Shown piece after piece: positions 20,992 through 29,398 of a DNA stretch of 64,000 nucleotides; position 1 is the first letter of the stretch, and each line of letters opens with the position of its first letter. A program made the position numbers and the translations under genes. This DNA comes from Bacteroidota bacterium (GTDB lineage Bacteria; Bacteroidota; Bacteroidia; B-17B0; Aurantibacillaceae), in assembly GCA_013298715.1 (NCBI GenBank), contig JAAFIQ010000006.1, positions 96,080 through 160,079 of the forward strand, given 5' to 3'. Under the pieces are notes generated by a model. It saw only the letters and a program-made list of their open reading frames with translations, was not told the DNA's origin and ran no database searches.

Positions 20992-21609
20992 TTGGAATTT
21001 ACATCAAAAATAATTGAACAAGCGGTTGATGCCTTTGCAAAGTTACCTGGTGTTGGAAAAAAAACATCGTTACGTTATGTACTTAGCGTTATTAAAGGCG
21101 ATGAACAACAAGCAAAAGCATTAAGCGATATTATTTTAAAACTTAAAACCGATTTACGTTTTTGCAAAAAATGTTTTAATATTTGCGAAAGTGAATTTTG
21201 CGAAATATGTTTAAACCCATCTAGAAACGAAACCATAATTTGCGTGGTGCAAGATTATAGAGACGTGTTGGCAATTGAAAACACAGGCTTGTACAAAGGT
21301 CATTACCATGTTTTGGGAGGATTAATTAATCCTATAGAAGGAATTGGTCCTAGCCAATTAAACATAGAAAGCTTGGTAAATAAAATTTCTACAAATAACG
21401 TAAGTGAAGTTATATTGGCGCTAAACACTACCATGGAAGGCGAAACAACATCTTTTTTTGTATTTAGAAAATTAGCGCCTTATTCTGTTAAACTTACTGC
21501 CATTGCACGTGGCATTGCTGTTGGCGATGAAATTGAATATACTGATGAAGTTACACTTGGTCGCTCTATTGCGAACCGCGTGCCTTTTGATTCGCTTTTA
21601 AAGAAGTAA
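20992..21609 (+). CDS. recR: recombination protein RecR
   Basis: TTG start. HhH (LPGVGKKTSLRYV), Cys4 zinc finger (CKKCFNICESEFCEIC) and Toprim domain. Confidence 0.95.
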   Translation: MEFTSKIIEQAVDAFAKLPGVGKKTSLRYVLSVIKGDEQQAKALSDIILKLKTDLRFCKKCFNICESEFCEICLNPSRNETIICVVQDYRDVLAIENTGLYKGHYHVLGGLINPIEGIGPSQLNIESLVNKISTNNVSEVILALNTTMEGETTSFFVFRKLAPYSVKLTAIARGIAVGDEIEYTDEVTLGRSIANRVPFDSLLKK

Positions 21610-21626
21610 TCGTATATTTGTTTTAA

Positions 21627-22919
21627 GTGAAAATTAAATTTTTTATACTTACCTTCTTTCCTTTAATCACGTTTTCGCAATTAAAGGTTGATAGTATTTT
21701 AAATGTAATTAATACTTGCAAAAATGATAGTATAAAAATTTATTCGTACGCTGAATTAGCGGATGCATGCGTACTTCAGAACAAAGGGTTATTGGCAAAA
21801 AGTGCAATCGATTCAGTAACCGTTATCGCCGAAAAATATAAGAATACCACGCTGTATTATTACGCTGTAAATTCTAACGCCTTTTTTTACTCTTCCATTT
21901 TCGAGTACGATAAATCAATTATTTATCACAATAAAGCATTACAGTTTTGGTTAAAAAGTAAAAACAATCTAAAAGTTGGCAGAACCTTGCTAAGCCTTGG
22001 TAATACTTATTATTTTTTAAGTGATTTTAAAAAAGCAAAAGTATATTTTGCCAAATCGCTTTCATACCTCAAATTAGTAAATGATGACGAAAGCCTTTCT
22101 AACCTATATAATAATTTAGCTATTTCTTATGCCGAAACAAATGAACATTCAACAGCGCGCTATTATTTCAGCAAATCGTTCGAGATAGATACTAAAACTC
22201 ACGACACGCTCGGAATGGCTTATTTTTTTAACAATATTGGCTATTTAGCGCTTGAGGAAAAAGATTTTCAAGAAGCAATTATAAATTTTGAAAAAGCTCT
22301 AGCGTATAAATTAGCCATAGGAACCAGAAATGAAATTATGGACGCTTACTCAAATTTAGGATTTGGCTATTTTAAAGATAAAAATTTAAAAAATGCAAAG
22401 CAAAATTTTTCAATTGCGTTAACCTATAGTAAAGAAAATTCTTACGATAACAAGTTATTAAATTTATACAAAAGGTTGGTTGATTTATATGAAAGTCAAC
22501 AAAATTATAAAGAAGCCTTTATTTTTAATAAAAAATACTTAAAGGTGAAAGATAGTATTGATAAACGAATAAGCCTAGATGAAATAGAATCAAAAACTTT
22601 ATTGAATGAAATTACATTAGCCCGAAAACAAGATAGCCTTATAAATACTACCAGACTTGAAAAGCAAGCAATAACATTACAAAAAAATAATTTTATAATG
22701 TTAGGATTAATTATTTTTATTTCTGTAGTTATTATTTTTGCACTTCTAATTTTTAAACGCTTTAAGATTAGTCAAAAACAAAAAAAACAAATCGAGTTTC
22801 AAAAAGATACTATTGAGAGAAAGCAAAAAGAGATAATAGATTCTATTAATTACGCAAAAAGAATACAACAATCTATCTTACCAAGCAGTTCTTACATTAA
22901 AAATAAATTAAAAAGATAA
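21627..22919 (+). CDS. TPR-repeat membrane sensor protein, apparently lacking its output domain
   Basis: Signal peptide, multiple TPRs, one TM helix (IMLGLIIFISVVIIFALLIF) and a coiled coil. It ends 11 aa after IDSINYAKRIQQSILP, a helix that normally precedes an RsbU/SpoIIE-type PP2C domain. Confidence 0.7.
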   Translation: MKIKFFILTFFPLITFSQLKVDSILNVINTCKNDSIKIYSYAELADACVLQNKGLLAKSAIDSVTVIAEKYKNTTLYYYAVNSNAFFYSSIFEYDKSIIYHNKALQFWLKSKNNLKVGRTLLSLGNTYYFLSDFKKAKVYFAKSLSYLKLVNDDESLSNLYNNLAISYAETNEHSTARYYFSKSFEIDTKTHDTLGMAYFFNNIGYLALEEKDFQEAIINFEKALAYKLAIGTRNEIMDAYSNLGFGYFKDKNLKNAKQNFSIALTYSKENSYDNKLLNLYKRLVDLYESQQNYKEAFIFNKKYLKVKDSIDKRISLDEIESKTLLNEITLARKQDSLINTTRLEKQAITLQKNNFIMLGLIIFISVVIIFALLIFKRFKISQKQKKQIEFQKDTIERKQKEIIDSINYAKRIQQSILPSSSYIKNKLKR

Positions 22920-22923
22920 CGCT

Positions 22924-23397
22924 TTACTTGTCCTTCACCCACATAAAAATCTTCTTATTCTCTTGGTAGCGTGTAATATCTTTATCCAAAGCCAACACAC
23001 AAAAATCAATAAAAGGTAAAATACCAAACACCCCACCCAAAGTTCCAATGTATACAACAGGTACATAAGGCGCAGTGCCTAAATAAATTCTGTGCAACCC
23101 TACAATACCAAACGGAAAAGGAAATGCTAAAATTGCTGCCGTAATTTTTTTATTGGTACGTTGTTTCTTTTTAAATAACAATAACAAAGGGTTTGGACGT
23201 TTTTCTTTTTGAGAATTAAGTTCAACTATGCTATGGTTAATTTCAATATTAGCTGAATCAATTTGATTCCCTAATCTATCAACAAAATACACAAGTTGCG
23301 TGTGCGATTTTAATGTATGAAAGAAAAATAACGAAAACAAAAGTGTACTTATTTTTATTAAGCAACGCATATACAAAAGTGAAGAATTTAATTTCAA
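22924..23397 (-). CDS. TM2 domain-containing membrane protein
   Basis: C-terminal FPFPFGIVGLHRIYLGTAPYVPVVYIGTLGG matches the TM2 domain pattern. Confidence 0.7.
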   Translation of the reverse strand: MKLNSSLLYMRCLIKISTLLFSLFFFHTLKSHTQLVYFVDRLGNQIDSANIEINHSIVELNSQKEKRPNPLLLLFKKKQRTNKKITAAILAFPFPFGIVGLHRIYLGTAPYVPVVYIGTLGGVFGILPFIDFCVLALDKDITRYQENKKIFMWVKDK

Positions 23398-23501
23398 TAT
23401 AAATCAGTCATTTCAAATTTAACTAACAGGCAAGGGCTAATAAAATACTTAGTAATCAAAATAGGAGTTTGTTATATTTACCCAATAAAAAAATTTTTAA
23501 C

Positions 23502-24890
23502 GTGACATTAATAAAAAGTATTTCAGGTATTAGAGGCACCATTGGTGGTAAGCCCAACGATGGTTTAACCCCATTAGATATAGTAAAATTTACATCCGCT
23601 TATGGTTGTTGGTTATTAAATAGTTTACAAACCAAAAAAGCAACCGTTATTATTGGCCGAGATGCGCGTATGAGTGGCGACATGGTTTCTAAAATTGTTA
23701 GTGGCACATTAATTGGGCTAGGAATTAATGTGATAGACTTAGATTTAAGTACAACACCAACCGTTGAAATGGCTGTAACTGAGCTAAATGCGCAAGGCGG
23801 TATTATTTTAACTGCGAGCCATAACCCCAAACAATGGAACGCATTAAAGTTATTAAACAACAAAGGCGAATTTATTAGCGAAGAAGCTGGGCAAACCATT
23901 TTAAAAATGGCAGAAGCCGATGACTTTGATTATGCAGAGGTTACAGAACTTGGCACTTACACAAAAAATACATCGGAACTAACAAACCACATTAACAAAA
24001 TAATAAAACTAAAGTATGTGGATGTAGATGCCATAACAAAAGCAAACTTTACAATTGTTGTTGATGGCATCAATAGCTCAGGTAGCTTTGCTGTACCTCG
24101 ATTACTAAGCGCTATTGGCGTTAAAAACATAATTTCTATTAATAACGATACTACTGGAGATTTTGCCCACAACCCCGAACCCTTGGCAGAGCATTTAGTG
24201 CAGCTTAGTGATACTGTTATAAAAAGTAAAGCACACCTTGGCATAAGCGTAGATCCTGATGTGGACCGTCTAGCCTTTGTGTGCGAGAACGGTGCCATGT
24301 TTGGCGAAGAATATACCTTAGTTGCTGTGGCTGATTATGTATTGCAACACCATAAAAACGGAAACACAGTAAGTAATTTAAGTAGTACACGTGCATTGAG
24401 AGACGTAACGGAAAAACAAGGAGGGTGTTATTCAGCATCGGCGGTAGGTGAGGTGAATGTGGTTAAGCAAATGAAAGCTACAAATGCCATTATAGGCGGC
24501 GAGGGCAATGGTGGAATTATTTTACCCGAGCTACATTATGGCCGTGATGCTTTGGTGGGCATTGCAATATTTTTAACGCATTTGGCAAAGTTTAATAATT
24601 CAATAAGCGCATTAAGAAACGCTTATCCTTATTACCACATTAGTAAAAACAAAATTGAATTAACTCCACAAATTAATGTAGACGAAGTGCTACAAAAAGT
24701 AAAAGCAAAATATGCTAACCAACCCATAAATACAGTTGATGGCGTAAAAATAGAATTTGATAAAGAATGGGTGCATTTGCGTAAAAGTAATACCGAACCA
24801 ATTATAAGAATATACAGTGAGAGTAAAAGTGCAGAATCTGCCGATAACTTAGCAAAAAAAATTATTGAGGAGATAAAAGGGATAATTTGA
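23502..24890 (+). CDS. glmM: phosphoglucosamine mutase
   Basis: Contains SGIRGTIGG, the active-site loop TASHNPKQWNALK and the metal loop DPDVDRL. I prefer the in-frame GTG at 23502 (MTLIKSISGIRG) over the tracked TTG at 23469. Confidence 0.85.
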   Translation: MTLIKSISGIRGTIGGKPNDGLTPLDIVKFTSAYGCWLLNSLQTKKATVIIGRDARMSGDMVSKIVSGTLIGLGINVIDLDLSTTPTVEMAVTELNAQGGIILTASHNPKQWNALKLLNNKGEFISEEAGQTILKMAEADDFDYAEVTELGTYTKNTSELTNHINKIIKLKYVDVDAITKANFTIVVDGINSSGSFAVPRLLSAIGVKNIISINNDTTGDFAHNPEPLAEHLVQLSDTVIKSKAHLGISVDPDVDRLAFVCENGAMFGEEYTLVAVADYVLQHHKNGNTVSNLSSTRALRDVTEKQGGCYSASAVGEVNVVKQMKATNAIIGGEGNGGIILPELHYGRDALVGIAIFLTHLAKFNNSISALRNAYPYYHISKNKIELTPQINVDEVLQKVKAKYANQPINTVDGVKIEFDKEWVHLRKSNTEPIIRIYSESKSAESADNLAKKIIEEIKGII

Positions 24891-24892
24891 TT
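24835..24892 (+). repeat. direct repeat copy A (functional 3' end of glmM)
   Basis: The 50-nt core 24843-24892 matches 25850-25899 at 44/50 positions, including 23 identical nt (GATAACTTAGCAAAAAAAATTAT). It encodes ...ADNLAKKIIEEIKGII*. Confidence 0.75.
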
Positions 24893-24906
24893 CGTTGAAT
24901 TTAGTT

Positions 24907-25014
24907 GAAAATGAATTTGAACTCTTGAAGTCGCAAAATGCGACATCAAGTTGTGGAGTAAGAAATTTGCCTATTGCACTTAACGATGATGACTTCTTAT
25001 GTTGTCGAATCTGA
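24907..25014 (+). pseudogene. ORF6N-domain gene fragment
   Basis: Reads ENEFELLKSQNATSSCGVRNLPIALNDDDFLCCRI*. This resembles the ORF6N core (..EFENLRSQIATSSWGGRR.LPYAFTE.G...L). There is no start codon and no remainder of the domain. Confidence 0.5.
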
Positions 25015-25049
25015 TTTACAGAGAATAAAAAAACTAACCATTTTATAAT

Positions 25050-25832
25050 ATGACAAAGGAAGAAGTAGAATTAATAATTTTTAAAGTTACTGCTGACGGG
25101 CAGGATGCCCTTAATATGAAAATCTACAAAAATGGTACAACTTGTAGGTATGGTGTTGGTGGACTTCCACAACTCGGAATTTCAGGAATGAGTTTTTTTA
25201 ATAACTCAATTTTTTTTGACCAACTTATCACTAAAGTACCAGAAAATCTTCTAGAAAGACCTTTGAACTATGAAGAAGAAACGCCAAACGGTTATCTAGA
25301 ATATATAATTGCTTTTTATGGAGTTTCTAGAAATGGTGATAATGGAGAAAGAGCCGATTGGACAAAATCTACTGGAATTAGAGCGAAACTAGACCATCAA
25401 ACCAATTTCAGAGATCCTTTAATTGGTTTTTTAGATAGTTTTACAATAGATGCAGCAGAGTTAACGAACGAATGGTATTTTGATGTTATAATACTTTCAA
25501 AATATGGAATGAAAAGTTCTACAATGCCTAACGAAACAATTTTAGCTCAACCAAAAACCGAAGAAGAAATACATGAAGCATACGAGAACTATATAAATCA
25601 AATGACTTATAGTGCACGAAAATGGAGTTTGTCAACTTTTGCGGATAATAAAACTTACGAGAAAAATGGCGAAACTTTTAAAGCATTTATTCAACAAAAT
25701 GATAATAATTTTAGTTTAAATTTTCTGCCTTCTAATTTAGGTATTTCAAATTTACAGATTAATTCTCCTTCAAATAAATCAGAAAGTGAAGCTAAAAATA
25801 TAGAAAAGAAAAAATGGTGGCAATTTTGGTAA
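25050..25832 (+). CDS. hypothetical protein (260 aa), no recognisable domain
   Basis: Clean ORF with a protein-like composition, sitting between the two glmM-3' repeat copies. Confidence 0.55.
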   Translation: MTKEEVELIIFKVTADGQDALNMKIYKNGTTCRYGVGGLPQLGISGMSFFNNSIFFDQLITKVPENLLERPLNYEEETPNGYLEYIIAFYGVSRNGDNGERADWTKSTGIRAKLDHQTNFRDPLIGFLDSFTIDAAELTNEWYFDVIILSKYGMKSSTMPNETILAQPKTEEEIHEAYENYINQMTYSARKWSLSTFADNKTYEKNGETFKAFIQQNDNNFSLNFLPSNLGISNLQINSPSNKSESEAKNIEKKKWWQFW

Positions 25833-25841
25833 GGTTTAATA

Positions 25842-25899
25842 AATCTTCGGATAACTTAGCAAAAAAAATTATCAAGGATATAAGACGGATGATTTGATT
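25842..25899 (+). repeat. direct repeat copy B (displaced glmM 3' end remnant)
   Basis: Reads KSSDNLAKKIIKDIRRMI*, in the same frame and with the stop at the same position as the glmM C-terminus AESADNLAKKIIEEIKGII*. Followed by a strong terminator. Confidence 0.75.
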
Positions 25900-25926
25900 T
25901 TAGAAATTGAATTCGTACAAATGAAA

Positions 25927-25975
25927 AAGCCATTAGTAAACAATCTCCCAAAAATTTACTAATGGCTTAATTTTG
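25927..25975 (+). terminator. intrinsic terminator hairpin
   Basis: AAGCCATTAGTAAA-14 nt loop-TTTACTAATGGCTT (14-bp perfect stem) followed by AATTTTGTT. Confidence 0.65.
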
Positions 25976-26099
25976 TTATAACTAAACAAAAACCCTAATA
26001 AAGAACGTATAGTAAAATTACAACCAAAATTCTCCATTTTTATAGGACTTTAAATAACTGGTCGGTTTTTTTATATAAGTGGTTAATCTACGTTATAGA

Positions 26100-26255
26100 G
26101 TTTGCTGCGCCAGGGATGCGTATGGTTTAGCTCTTTTTTAGCGTCCGCCTCTTTTGGCGCTAAAAAAAGCCGAAGCGAAGCGGAGCCTGAAGCAGCCCGT
26201 TGGCATTGCAGGCCTAACAGAGTATACGAGAGCCTGCAATGACAGGCGCCCAAAA
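26100..26255. ncRNA. candidate structured RNA or element of unknown class (GC-rich island)
   Basis: 82/150 G+C over 26101-26250 in an AT-rich, non-coding interval. Perfect 10-bp hairpin CATTGCAGGC/GCCTGCAATG (26204-26213 / 26232-26241). A second 10-bp hairpin TTTTTTAGCG/CGCTAAAAAA (26134-26143 / 26158-26167). A possible closing stem GCGCC/GGCGC (26107-26111 / 26245-26249). Strand undetermined. Confidence 0.3.
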
Positions 26256-26410
26256 ATAAAAAACCATTTTTATTGAATGATTAACCGTAATTGCGACAAA
26301 ATATACTTCATCTAGGTATAAAAGCTTTCTGCCAGAGGGCTTACTAGAATTGGCTAAAGCTCATTTATATTAGTTCCTATCGAGCTTGCTAATTTCAATA
26401 TTTTAGTGTG

Positions 26411-26803
26411 CTACCTATAGCAAATAATCTCAACATCAGTATCCGAGTCGATGTACTCAATATTTAATTTATCAAGAAAAGTTTTAAGCGAATCATGCTT
26501 TGAAGTCTTGAGGGTTTTAATTTCAAAAAAGTCTATAAACTGTCCAGAGTCGTCAATTAGAATGCAGTTGTTTTCTAGCTCTCGGATAAAAGTGCAGGTT
26601 TTTTCGGTTGAATTAAGTAAAGTTGTTAACGTAAATGGAACATGATTAAACTTTAGGTATTCAAATATCTCTTGCCATTTATGATTGTTTAAAAGCCCGC
26701 TAAGGTTGTTATTGAGAATGTAAGCTCGTGTTTGTTTAATACGAGACTGGTATTTTTCGTGTTCAAAATGTTTATATGAATACTGCTTGTTTGTTCGAGT
26801 CAT
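26411..26803 (-). CDS. hypothetical protein (130 aa)
   Basis: Clean ORF with no motif I recognise. Confidence 0.5.
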   Translation of the reverse strand: MTRTNKQYSYKHFEHEKYQSRIKQTRAYILNNNLSGLLNNHKWQEIFEYLKFNHVPFTLTTLLNSTEKTCTFIRELENNCILIDDSGQFIDFFEIKTLKTSKHDSLKTFLDKLNIEYIDSDTDVEIICYR

Positions 26804-26850
26804 GTGTTATGTTGTTTAGTGGGTAGCACCTAACTCATGCGTAACAACTC

Positions 26851-27201
26851 TTAAAGATGCAAGCTAACCTTTTTAGCCAATAACTGCTCTTCTGTCTCTA
26901 CATTATCCTCATCAGATATGCAGCAATCTACAGGGCATACCGCTGCACATTGAGGCTCTTCGTGAAAGCCTTTGCACTCAGTACATTTATCGGTTACAAT
27001 AAAATAAACATCCATACTTTTAGGTACTTGTGGGTCGTTAGCATCTACTTCTAATCCGCTATTTGCACCTTTATAAGTACCCTTAACGCCTGTGCCATCT
27101 GCAAAACGCCACTCGGCCCCTCCTTCGTAAATTGCATTATTGGGGCATTCGGGTTCACAAGCCCCACAATTTATACACTCGTCTGTAATTTTAATTGCCA
27201 T
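26851..27201 (-). CDS. 4Fe-4S dicluster ferredoxin
   Basis: Two cluster motifs, [12 protein letters not shown] and CTECKGF...CAAVCPVDC. Confidence 0.9.
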   Translation of the reverse strand: MAIKITDECINCGACEPECPNNAIYEGGAEWRFADGTGVKGTYKGANSGLEVDANDPQVPKSMDVYFIVTDKCTECKGFHEEPQCAAVCPVDCCISDEDNVETEEQLLAKKVSLHL

Positions 27202-27248
27202 TTTTGTTAGATTTGTTCAAAATTTTATGCAAATATACTATCATTTGA

Positions 27249-28271
27249 ATGAATATTAAACAAAGAATACACGCATTTGTTCAAATTGGCAATTTTTTGC
27301 AAAGATACCTTACTGAGCAACCACTAGCCTCTGAAGTCAACTTTAAACTTGCATTAGATGAGCTAATACATGTAAATCATACGTATAACAATTGGTTTAT
27401 ACCTGCATTTACCAAAAATGCGATTTCAGGCATTAGTAAAATGCTTACAGAGCCCGAACTTGAAAAACTACAACTTATTGAAATAAAAAATAAAAAGTTA
27501 GTTGCAGTTATTTGTGCTGGTAACATACCTATGGTGGCATTTCACGATATATTGTGTGTATTACTAAGTGGGCACAAAGTTTTAATAAAATTATCGAGTG
27601 ATGATAAAGTTCTTTTACCTTTTTTATTAAAATTACTTTGTTTTTACGAACCAAGTTTTGAAGAAAACATTTTATTTGCCGAGGGAAAAATGGCCAATTT
27701 TGATGCTGTAATAGCTACTGGTAGTAACAACACCGCCAATTATTTTCAGCATTATTTTGGTAAATACCCTAATATTATTCGTAAAAACAGAACCTCTGTA
27801 GCTGTGTTTGAAGGCAACGAAACAAAAGAAGATTTTGTAAATTTAGGTAAAGATATTTTCTTGTATTTTGGGCTTGGTTGCCGCAATGTAAGCCAATTGC
27901 TGGTTCCGCAAAATTACAAATTCGATACTTTTTTTGAAGCTATTATAGATTATGCTTATGTACTAGAAAATAACAAGTACTGCAATAATTACGATTACCA
28001 CCGCGCCATTTATTTATTAGAGCAAATGCCTTTTTTAGATAATAATTTTGTAATGATTCGTGAGAGCAGCGATTTATTTTCGCCAGTAGGAACAATTTAT
28101 TACAAAACCTATTCCAATACTGCTGAAATTGAAGATTATTTAGCGCAAAATTCCGAAAAAATACAATGTATTGTTGGAAACAATCACATACCTTTTGGTA
28201 ATTCACAGTTTCCTGTTATAACAGATTTTGCAGATAATGTAAATACAATAAATTTTTTAGTAAATTTATAG
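27249..28271 (+). CDS. acyl-CoA reductase (LuxC-like) family protein
   Basis: 340 aa. Contains AGNIPMVAFHDILCVLLSGHKVLIKLSS and GLGCRNVS, typical of the flavobacterial LuxC-like family. Divergent from the ferredoxin gene, as is common. Confidence 0.65.
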   Translation: MNIKQRIHAFVQIGNFLQRYLTEQPLASEVNFKLALDELIHVNHTYNNWFIPAFTKNAISGISKMLTEPELEKLQLIEIKNKKLVAVICAGNIPMVAFHDILCVLLSGHKVLIKLSSDDKVLLPFLLKLLCFYEPSFEENILFAEGKMANFDAVIATGSNNTANYFQHYFGKYPNIIRKNRTSVAVFEGNETKEDFVNLGKDIFLYFGLGCRNVSQLLVPQNYKFDTFFEAIIDYAYVLENNKYCNNYDYHRAIYLLEQMPFLDNNFVMIRESSDLFSPVGTIYYKTYSNTAEIEDYLAQNSEKIQCIVGNNHIPFGNSQFPVITDFADNVNTINFLVNL

Positions 28272-28279
28272 AGGTTTTT

Positions 28280-29119
28280 ATGTATAAACAGTTTATACTT
28301 TTTTTACTTTTAGTTGCAACGTTAATTGGTAGAGCCCAAACCCCAACGGCTACTATTACCAGTGTTTCTTCTACCATTTGTAGTGGCAGGCCAGTAACGT
28401 TTACTACCAGCACTAGTAATTCACCAACTTCATTTTCTTGGAGCGTTAGCCCAGCAAGTGGCGCTGTTATTAACCTTGGCACTACTAACGATTTTTGTTC
28501 AATAACCTTTACAAACTCAGGTGTGTTTATTATTAGTTTAAATGTTGCTAATTCAACCACCAATTCTGTTTCTTCTTTAACGGTAAGTGTAAACAAATCT
28601 GCCGTAGCTGCTTTTAATGCGAGCCTTGTTACCGCTGGTTTTCCCAATCAGTTAGTACTAACAAATTACAGCAGAAGTTTTACAAGTACAAAATGGTTGT
28701 ATAGCGATGATAGTAATGCCGACTTAAATTTTAACACTGTAAAAAATTATACTTTAAGCGGGAGTTACAGTACCACCTTAGTAGCGCTTGCCAATTTTGG
28801 ATGTAACGATTCTTTGGTTTACCGTTTCAGATTAGAAGATTCGAGTGGAATAAGACTACCTAATATTTTTACCCCTAACGATGATGGCGCAAACGACGTG
28901 TATAAACCAATTGCCAAAGGCATGAAGGAATTAAACTTTAAAATTTTTAATAGATACGGCACCATTATTTTTGAAGGCGATAAACGCAATTCGTTTTGGG
29001 ATGGCTACACCACAAGCGGTTTGCCATGCTCTGCCGGCGTATATTTTTGTATTTGCAACGCTGTAGGCTCTGATGGCAAAACCTACGAACTAAAAGCAAA
29101 TGTAACCTTGGTAAGGTAG
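28280..29119 (+). CDS. T9SS type B sorting domain (gliding-motility C-terminal domain) protein
   Basis: Signal peptide, PKD-like Ser/Thr-rich repeats, and the C-terminal LPNIFTPNDDGANDVYKP...IFNRYGTIIFEG...WDG...GVYFC motif. Confidence 0.8.
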   Translation: MYKQFILFLLLVATLIGRAQTPTATITSVSSTICSGRPVTFTTSTSNSPTSFSWSVSPASGAVINLGTTNDFCSITFTNSGVFIISLNVANSTTNSVSSLTVSVNKSAVAAFNASLVTAGFPNQLVLTNYSRSFTSTKWLYSDDSNADLNFNTVKNYTLSGSYSTTLVALANFGCNDSLVYRFRLEDSSGIRLPNIFTPNDDGANDVYKPIAKGMKELNFKIFNRYGTIIFEGDKRNSFWDGYTTSGLPCSAGVYFCICNAVGSDGKTYELKANVTLVR

Positions 29120-29398
29120 GGGAGAGGTTTTTTTTGGGGTTTGGGAAGAGGGTTTTTAAGCAAGCAAGTTTGCTTGTATTTCACATAAAACATCTACAAA
29201 TATTTGCTAAATTTGAGAATAAATAAATATTTATGAAACGATAAATAGTATAAAATAAGATTGCGCTAGTAGAAATCTTTTTCATTTAAATCAATTCAAA
29301 AATATTTCAGACTAAATAAAAATTTTAAATTACTAAAGGCGAAAAATGAAGAGGTTATAATTAGTTATTAAAAATACTTAAAAATACAAAAATAACAT

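Noticed and set aside
26100-26255. Identity of the GC-rich element as SRP RNA, 6S RNA, tmRNA, RNase P RNA, a tRNA or a retron msr/msd.
   Set aside because: GAAGCAGCC resembles part of SRP domain IV, but the GGAA tetraloop context is absent. There is no tRNA-like T-arm or CCA end, no tag-peptide ORF and no RNase P P4 sequence. The fold is not a single long 6S-type hairpin, and there is no reverse transcriptase nearby. It is kept only as an unclassified candidate.
28216-28647. 143-aa minus-strand ORF overlapping the start of the T9SS type B cargo gene.
   Set aside because: It is antisense to a gene with clear signal peptide and sorting-domain motifs. Its composition (Val/Leu/Thr-rich) mirrors the Ser/Thr-rich coding strand.
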